A stretch of DNA of 64,000 nt. Origin: an uncultured delta proteobacterium (lineage in GTDB: Bacteria > Myxococcota_A > Polyangia > Fen-1088). Positions 58,303 through 64,000 of this stretch are shown in pieces. The stretch covers positions 1 to 64,000 of the forward strand of contig CAVTRY010000022.1 in NCBI GenBank assembly GCA_963737265.1. The letters are read 5' to 3'. The translations under genes were made by a program, and so were the position numbers. The stretch's first letter is position 1. Every line of letters begins with the position of its first letter. The notes below the pieces were generated by a model that saw only the letters and a list, made by a program, of their open reading frames with translations, was not told the origin of the DNA and did no database searches.

Positions 58303-61300
58303 CTACCGCGGCAGAGTGCCTCGGCCAATGAGCCCACCGAGATCGGAGAAGGATCGGGCGATGGGAGGCGTCCTGGCTTCTTCTGGGACCAAGGCCACGC
58401 CGAGATCCGCGCGTAGATCGAGATAGTCCGAGGACGTTCCCCAGCGCACCAGATCCAGGATGGCCTCCTCGGGCCGCCGCCGGAACGCCCTCGCCTCCCT
58501 GACGATTTCACGCGCGCTGGCCACGATGTCGCCGCAGGCGAGCAGTCCTGCGCGATTCGCGACTTCGTCCGACACCGCTGACCAGGCGGCCAGATCGAGG
58601 CTGGCAGCGCCATCAAAGACCGGACCCACGGCCGCTGCAACCAGCGCCACTTGGGACTGCGGTAGGACCCTCTGCAGGAACGACAAGTATTGCCGAACGG
58701 CCACCGGATCCACGTTGGGCAAGTCGAACTTCGGCTGCACCAGCCTGATGGCCGCGGCGAAAACGACGCGCAGCTCGCCCAGCGTGGGCACGAGTTGCGG
58801 CCAGAGCAGGAAGTGATCGGCGCGCAAGCCTACTATTTTTTTCGTGAGAAGGAAGGCAAGCTCCTGCTGCGTGCGGCCGGCAACCAGGTCGCGGCCCAGA
58901 ACAAACGCCGGCACAGGCCGGGCATCATTCAGCAGCACCAACAGATCGATCTCGCCCGGCGCGCCCGGCGGCGCGTAGATCGCGGGCAGGGGGACCCCGA
59001 TAAGCCGGCTGACGTAGACGAGTAGGCGCGACACGAACGATGCATCCGTGTTGGGGTCGATGGCGTGATGAAGGTCGATGCCGTAGCTTGCGGCTTCCTT
59101 GGCTCGTGCCGTGATGACACCGGGAGCCACCGCCGCCATCACCTGCGATATGAGACGATTCTCGCGCGACGGACAAATGCGTCCCTGCCACAGCTTTTCG
59201 CTGAGGTAGGTCCGGGCCACGGGGATCTCGGCCGAAGCGCCGCGTTCGTAGTAGGCGCGTTCGTGGGTATTGGCCTTGGTCAAGGCACACAGCCCGGCAC
59301 AGGCGCAGAACGCCCGGTCGTGCTGGCCGTACTTGCTATACAAGAGTGCCAGCGCGCGGATCTGCCTCACCGCCGCATCGACGTTTCCGGCTGCCGCCAG
59401 CAAATGCTCGCGCGCCGCAACGGCCTGGCTGAAACCTTCCTGGCCCTGCGCCTCGCACGCCTCGGCCAGGGCTTCGCGCAGGCGAGGATCGTCTGGGGCC
59501 AGCGACACACAAACCTCGTAGGCCGCGACCGCGGCTTGACTATCGAGCAAGTGCTCTCGGCAGGTATCCGCCAGCGCCCGCCAAACCGCGAGCAGCCACA
59601 CACGGCTTTCGGACGAGGGGCTGGCACCCAAGCGCTTGATCATGCGGCGATAGGCACGGGCGAGCTCGCGCCAATCTTGCCGTTCGATGAGCAGGTGTTC
59701 GATGCGCCCGAAGGTGCGATGATCGGCGGGATCCTCGTCGAGAGCCTGATCGTAGAGCGCGACCGCTTCGTCGGGGGCATCGAGCTCGCGGTGCAGAATG
59801 CTGGCCAGGGCTGACAGGTAGCAGGCCTTGTCCCGCCCGACGGTCAAATGCACGAGCCGTTCCAGCACGTCGACCGCGCGCGACCAGTGGCGATTGGCGG
59901 TGTGGATCTCCACCAGCTCGTGCAGCACGATGATGTCGTCGGGTCGCAATTGCGCCGCCTGCAAGAAGGTTCCCAAGGCCGCCGGTTGATCGTTCAGCTC
60001 TTCGCGCTGCAGGCGACCGATCTTGCAGATGATGTCGAAGCGTTCGTCGTTCGACTGCGTGCCGTGAAGCAGGGTTCGGTACTGCTCCACCAGCACCGCG
60101 GCGTTGGCCGGTCCTCGGCCTTCCATCTTGTCCGTGGCTTCGATCAGCGCTGCGCGAGCCCCGGGCAGATCCGGCGCAAAATGCAACGCCTCGGTGAAAG
60201 CGGCGGTGCCGGCTGCGCTGTCGCGCAAAGCCATGTGCGCGCGTCCGAGCCGCATCAGGTGCGTGGCACGCTCGGCCGGAGTCATCCGGTCACCCGCCTG
60301 CGCCAGCACACGCGGCACGGTCGTCAGCACGTCCTGCCACCAGCCCTGCTCGCCCGCGAGTTGCGACCAAGTCTGGAGCGTGGGCAAATGGGTCGGCAAG
60401 ACGCCGAAGGCCCGGCGGTAGCCGCTGCGCGCCCGCTCCATCTCGCCCGTCATTTGCGCCGACCACGCGGCCTTCTGCCACAGGCTCGCCGTCTCCTCCA
60501 TGGCCAGCTTCGCCGACCCGGCCATATCTTCCAAAAGCGACGTCGCGGCGGACCAGTCCTTGCGCTGCCAGGCCGCATCGGCCAACGCCGCAACTGCCTT
60601 GGGATGCCCGGGCGACATCTCGAGAACACGCGTGTACTGCTCAACGGCGCCTTCCATGTCGTGCAGCTGGTCGCGATAGATCTCGGCGGCATCGAGGGCG
60701 AATTCTACGCTGTCGAACGGATCGACGGCATTGCCCGCGGCGCAGGTCAGGTAGGCCGCGGCCCGATGCCAATCGCCGCGCTGGCCGTGAAGCAGCACGA
60801 GCGAGCGCAACGCCGTGTAGTTGGTGGGATCGGCGGACATGGCCGCCTCGAGCGACTTCTCCGCCGCCACCGGATCGCCCAAGTCGCGCTCGTACCAACA
60901 AGCCATGGTGACCAGCAGATCGGCGCGCAGGGGCTGGGAAGCCACCTCGCCGACAAGAATCTCGCATCTGGCCAATAGCTCCTGCCAACGGTCGTGGACC
61001 GTGGCCAGGCGGGCCAGCTCCCGGGCTACCTCGTCGCTCGATGGGAGCTCCTTGAGCGCCGCCAGCAGCGCGACGAAGGCCCGATCGGCGTCGCCTAGCT
61101 TGGTCTCGAAGACCTGCGCCGCGCGCACGAGATGGCGTGCGCCCGCCGCGGCATCCCGGTTGGACCCGGCGCGCTCGACGAGCAACAGCGCCAGATCCTC
61201 CCAGCGCTCCTCGCGGACACAATCGCGCTCAAGCTCGCGAAAGGTGTCGACCGGCGGCGTGGCCGCGCTGTCGCCCATCGGATCGGCGTCCATGATGGGA

Positions 61301-61413
61301 AAGGGATACGCAAACGCGTGCGAGCCATTTTCATCGTCCGAGAAATCCAGCAGGACGTCGACTCCGTCGTCCTTCAGGCTCGTCTCGTCGATCCCCATGC
61401 GACCTGTGCTCAT
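58303..61413 (-). CDS. Large TPR-repeat protein (resembles myxobacterial motility-associated TPR proteins)
   Basis: Many helical repeats; C-terminal ANRAGLLACGD...YLDLRADLG. Confidence 0.75.
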   Translation of the reverse strand: MSTGRMGIDETSLKDDGVDVLLDFSDDENGSHAFAYPFPIMDADPMGDSAATPPVDTFRELERDCVREERWEDLALLLVERAGSNRDAAAGARHLVRAAQVFETKLGDADRAFVALLAALKELPSSDEVARELARLATVHDRWQELLARCEILVGEVASQPLRADLLVTMACWYERDLGDPVAAEKSLEAAMSADPTNYTALRSLVLLHGQRGDWHRAAAYLTCAAGNAVDPFDSVEFALDAAEIYRDQLHDMEGAVEQYTRVLEMSPGHPKAVAALADAAWQRKDWSAATSLLEDMAGSAKLAMEETASLWQKAAWSAQMTGEMERARSGYRRAFGVLPTHLPTLQTWSQLAGEQGWWQDVLTTVPRVLAQAGDRMTPAERATHLMRLGRAHMALRDSAAGTAAFTEALHFAPDLPGARAALIEATDKMEGRGPANAAVLVEQYRTLLHGTQSNDERFDIICKIGRLQREELNDQPAALGTFLQAAQLRPDDIIVLHELVEIHTANRHWSRAVDVLERLVHLTVGRDKACYLSALASILHRELDAPDEAVALYDQALDEDPADHRTFGRIEHLLIERQDWRELARAYRRMIKRLGASPSSESRVWLLAVWRALADTCREHLLDSQAAVAAYEVCVSLAPDDPRLREALAEACEAQGQEGFSQAVAAREHLLAAAGNVDAAVRQIRALALLYSKYGQHDRAFCACAGLCALTKANTHERAYYERGASAEIPVARTYLSEKLWQGRICPSRENRLISQVMAAVAPGVITARAKEAASYGIDLHHAIDPNTDASFVSRLLVYVSRLIGVPLPAIYAPPGAPGEIDLLVLLNDARPVPAFVLGRDLVAGRTQQELAFLLTKKIVGLRADHFLLWPQLVPTLGELRVVFAAAIRLVQPKFDLPNVDPVAVRQYLSFLQRVLPQSQVALVAAAVGPVFDGAASLDLAAWSAVSDEVANRAGLLACGDIVASAREIVREARAFRRRPEEAILDLVRWGTSSDYLDLRADLGVALVPEEARTPPIARSFSDLGGLIGRGTLPR

Positions 61414-61532
61414 GATTCCCACTGCGGCACTCTGTCTTAATCCTCCATGGTCCCTCGATCAAGGCGGATGAATTGGATGAATGATTGCAGCAGACTCCTA
61501 CGGCCTCTTGCGTCAAACCGGCTCCATCAACA

Positions 61533-63098
61533 CTACTTGCTCAAATCGCGGCAGTCCCGCTCGGCACGCTGGCGTTTGTCGGCCGGGGCGGCGGGCACCT
61601 GCTGGTAGGCGGCGGCGAGACTGCAATGAACGCTCGGGTCGTAGGGGTTGATGGCGAGGGACAAAAGCAGCGGCGCGACCGCCGCCGCGGCATCGCCCTT
61701 GGCCAGGCTGGCCTGTCCGACAATGAGGTGGGGCCACGGCAATTCCGGATAGGTCGCTTCCGCGCCCCCGACGACCTTGATGGCCTGCTCGGCCTCGCCC
61801 AGAGCCAGGTAGGTGCGACCGAGCTTGACTGCGAAGATCCAGTGCGTGGTTCCCGCGATCTTGAACCCCTTTTCGTATTCCACGCTGGCCGGGCGCGGCC
61901 GGTTGCGCAGTAGCATCATGTTGCCCAGGCGCAAGAATCGATCGGCGTCGCCGGCACCCGACGAACCTTCGTCCTCACTCGGCGAGCCCTGCGCGGACGC
62001 GCCCTGCTTCTTGTACTTGGGAACCACGGGTTCCATTCCCGGCAAGGTTCGGTAGTGAAGGCCCACCATGTATTGGCGCCAGGCGCGTTCGAATTCCGCC
62101 CAAGTACCGCTGCCGCCATAGGCACGCGCCACCGCCACGCGAGCGTCGCCGCCATCACGTACCACGGCCAGGACTTCGCGCAAGGCCGCGCCGTCGCCGC
62201 GGGCGAACAGGCAGGCGATGGCGGTCGTCACCTCGGCGAAGGCCAAGCTCGCGTCCTCGGCGCGTGGCAGCTTCGCCATCGACGGGTGCATGGCATCGAA
62301 GCCGATGAGCTTGCCGTTGGCCAGCGCCTTGGCCAAAAAGTGCTGCGTCGACGGATTGAGCGACAGCCCGGCGGGCATGCGCCAGCGGTGTTCGAGAAAC
62401 TTGGCGAAGCCTTCTTGCAACCACACCGGTGCCTTGTCGTGGGTCAGCGCCGCTACCACGTAGTGAACGAATTCGTGCGACAGACTGTCCTGCCACTCGT
62501 AACCTAAGCGCATGGCGCGCGGGCTGGTCAGCATGATCCGGCTCCACTTCGATACCGCCACCGTGCCGGTCCGCTCGATCTCGTCGTCAGTCAAGGTGGT
62601 CATGGTGGCCAAGTCGGTGGCGTTGCGAAGAATGTCGACGGGAATTGGCCGCGTGGGCACGAAGCCGAGGTCGCTTCCCAGCGCAGCCACGGCTGCCTCC
62701 AGGGTTTCGAGTCCGTAGTCCGCAAGCACAGCATCCTCGACCGGGAAGCGAAAGACGAAGTGGGCCGACTTTCGCTCAAGGTAGCCGTCGACGACCTTGG
62801 CCGACCCTTCGGCAAGATCGATCATCTCTTTGAGCTGCGGCGCCGGCACACCGCCTGCTAGCGCCGCCTTGTACTTCGCGGCAGCGGCGCGGAAGTCACC
62901 TTCGAGAAAATGTTGGTAGCCTTGCGCTAGCAGCGTGCCCGCCTCGCCGGGATGGGTCTCGGCCAATGCGGCCAGCGCGCGATCCGCTTCATCGAAGCGC
63001 CACTCCGAGTAGAGCCGTTCGACGGTCGGCGGATCCACCGCGGCCGTGGCCCGCGCCGGCAGCGCGAGCAGAGCGAGACAGAATGCGGCCCCTTTCAT
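61533..63098 (-). CDS. Secreted MA-clan metallopeptidase with TPRs
   Basis: Signal peptide; HEFVH...PVWLQEGFA. Confidence 0.82.
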   Translation of the reverse strand: MKGAAFCLALLALPARATAAVDPPTVERLYSEWRFDEADRALAALAETHPGEAGTLLAQGYQHFLEGDFRAAAAKYKAALAGGVPAPQLKEMIDLAEGSAKVVDGYLERKSAHFVFRFPVEDAVLADYGLETLEAAVAALGSDLGFVPTRPIPVDILRNATDLATMTTLTDDEIERTGTVAVSKWSRIMLTSPRAMRLGYEWQDSLSHEFVHYVVAALTHDKAPVWLQEGFAKFLEHRWRMPAGLSLNPSTQHFLAKALANGKLIGFDAMHPSMAKLPRAEDASLAFAEVTTAIACLFARGDGAALREVLAVVRDGGDARVAVARAYGGSGTWAEFERAWRQYMVGLHYRTLPGMEPVVPKYKKQGASAQGSPSEDEGSSGAGDADRFLRLGNMMLLRNRPRPASVEYEKGFKIAGTTHWIFAVKLGRTYLALGEAEQAIKVVGGAEATYPELPWPHLIVGQASLAKGDAAAAVAPLLLSLAINPYDPSVHCSLAAAYQQVPAAPADKRQRAERDCRDLSK

Positions 63099-64000
63099 TT
63101 CACCAGCTCCTCGTAGTAGCGGCGGACCTCGTCGCGGAATTTCTCGGGCGGCTTCTCGCGCATGGCCTCCATCAGCTCCTGCCGCCACTCGCGCGGGGCT
63201 TGACTTGCCTCCGCCTCGGGTATGCGCACGGGCTCGCGGCTCGGCCGGGAACCGTCGCTCGATTGGTGGCCCACACTTTGGCGTAGTTTGGCCAAGCGGG
63301 CAGCCGCGTCCTCCACGCGGCCGGCGCCCTCGTGGGCAGCGCCCTGCTGCAGATCCTGGCCCGCCTGGCGCATCTCGTCCGCGATCTCCTCCAATTCGGC
63401 GGCGGCCTTGCCCGCCTCGGGCACGGCGTCGTCGCGGCCACCTACCTCGTGGGACAGCCCGCGCGTTCGTTCCTCGATGCCGCTTTGGCGCTGCCCGAGG
63501 TTGCGCGTGCGCGAGCGCTGCTCGCCCGACATGACCTCGTCGCCGCGCGGAACCACGCGCGCCAGATCGGCGGCGAGCTCATGGGCGAGGCCAGCCGCGT
63601 CGGTCACTTGGCCATCGAAGCTCGCCAGACTCGGCGACGACGATCGGCCCTGAAAAATTTGCCGGCCGGTCATTTGTTGCAAGTGCCCAAGGCCCGCGGC
63701 CATGCGCTCGACTTCACGCTGGGACTCGTTCCACTCCCTGGCCGGCAACAATCGCCGCAACTGGCGCACGTTCTCACGCACAGCCTCGGTCGCCGTTTCG
63801 GCGCTGCTGCCAAGATCGCGCGGAACGTTGCCGGCCATCTTGCGCTGAATCTGGTCGAGCTTCTGCTTGGCCTTGGCGAGAAAGTCGGCCATTTGCGCCT
63901 CCATGCGCTTGCCGAGCTCGCCATCGACTTCCTTGGCCAAGGATCGGCTGTCGTCGCCGAGACCGCGCTCGTCGCCTTCCAGATCGCCGATCTTCCTGGC
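63095..64000 (-). CDS. Coiled-coil DUF4175-like protein, 3' part (runs off window)
   Basis: Helical Q/E/A-rich sequence ending ELMEAMRE...VRRYYEELVK. Confidence 0.7.
   Translation of the reverse strand, partial: ARKIGDLEGDERGLGDDSRSLAKEVDGELGKRMEAQMADFLAKAKQKLDQIQRKMAGNVPRDLGSSAETATEAVRENVRQLRRLLPAREWNESQREVERMAAGLGHLQQMTGRQIFQGRSSSPSLASFDGQVTDAAGLAHELAADLARVVPRGDEVMSGEQRSRTRNLGQRQSGIEERTRGLSHEVGGRDDAVPEAGKAAAELEEIADEMRQAGQDLQQGAAHEGAGRVEDAAARLAKLRQSVGHQSSDGSRPSREPVRIPEAEASQAPREWRQELMEAMREKPPEKFRDEVRRYYEELVK

Overview
GC-rich bacterial DNA, very probably from a myxobacterium (Myxococcota, Polyangia-like). This is inferred from the many eukaryotic-type Ser/Thr kinases, the FHA-sigma54 activator, TPR/PEGA proteins, cysteine-rich/fibro-slime repeats and Gly-rich lipoprotein linkers. 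Positions 1-5075 are a near-perfect fold-back that looks like an assembly artefact. About 6.2-12.4 kb is a decayed integration hotspot around tRNA-Arg(TCT), with IS, integrase and gene remnants and small hairpin elements. Next come a SNF2 helicase, an orphan hydE, a sulfur-assimilation operon, a GH45 cellulase, a fibro-slime protein and tatBC. The best candidate for a new system is a cellulose-signalling locus at about 31.6-50.3 kb. It contains a membrane Ser/Thr kinase whose extracytoplasmic part is a complete GH6 cellulase domain and, divergently, an FHA-domain sigma54 activator. It also contains three glycoside hydrolase genes that each have a -24/-12 sigma54 promoter; the two GH6 genes share a 34-bp bipartite upstream motif. 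Two copies of a transposase-less ~576-bp element (terminal inverted repeats, target duplications, GxxExxY nuclease-family passenger gene) bracket the activator gene. The right end is housekeeping and myxobacterial genes (panD with a pan-like RNA hairpin, rpoZ, OmpA, TPR proteins, peptidase). All family calls come from motif recognition by eye; no database searches were run.
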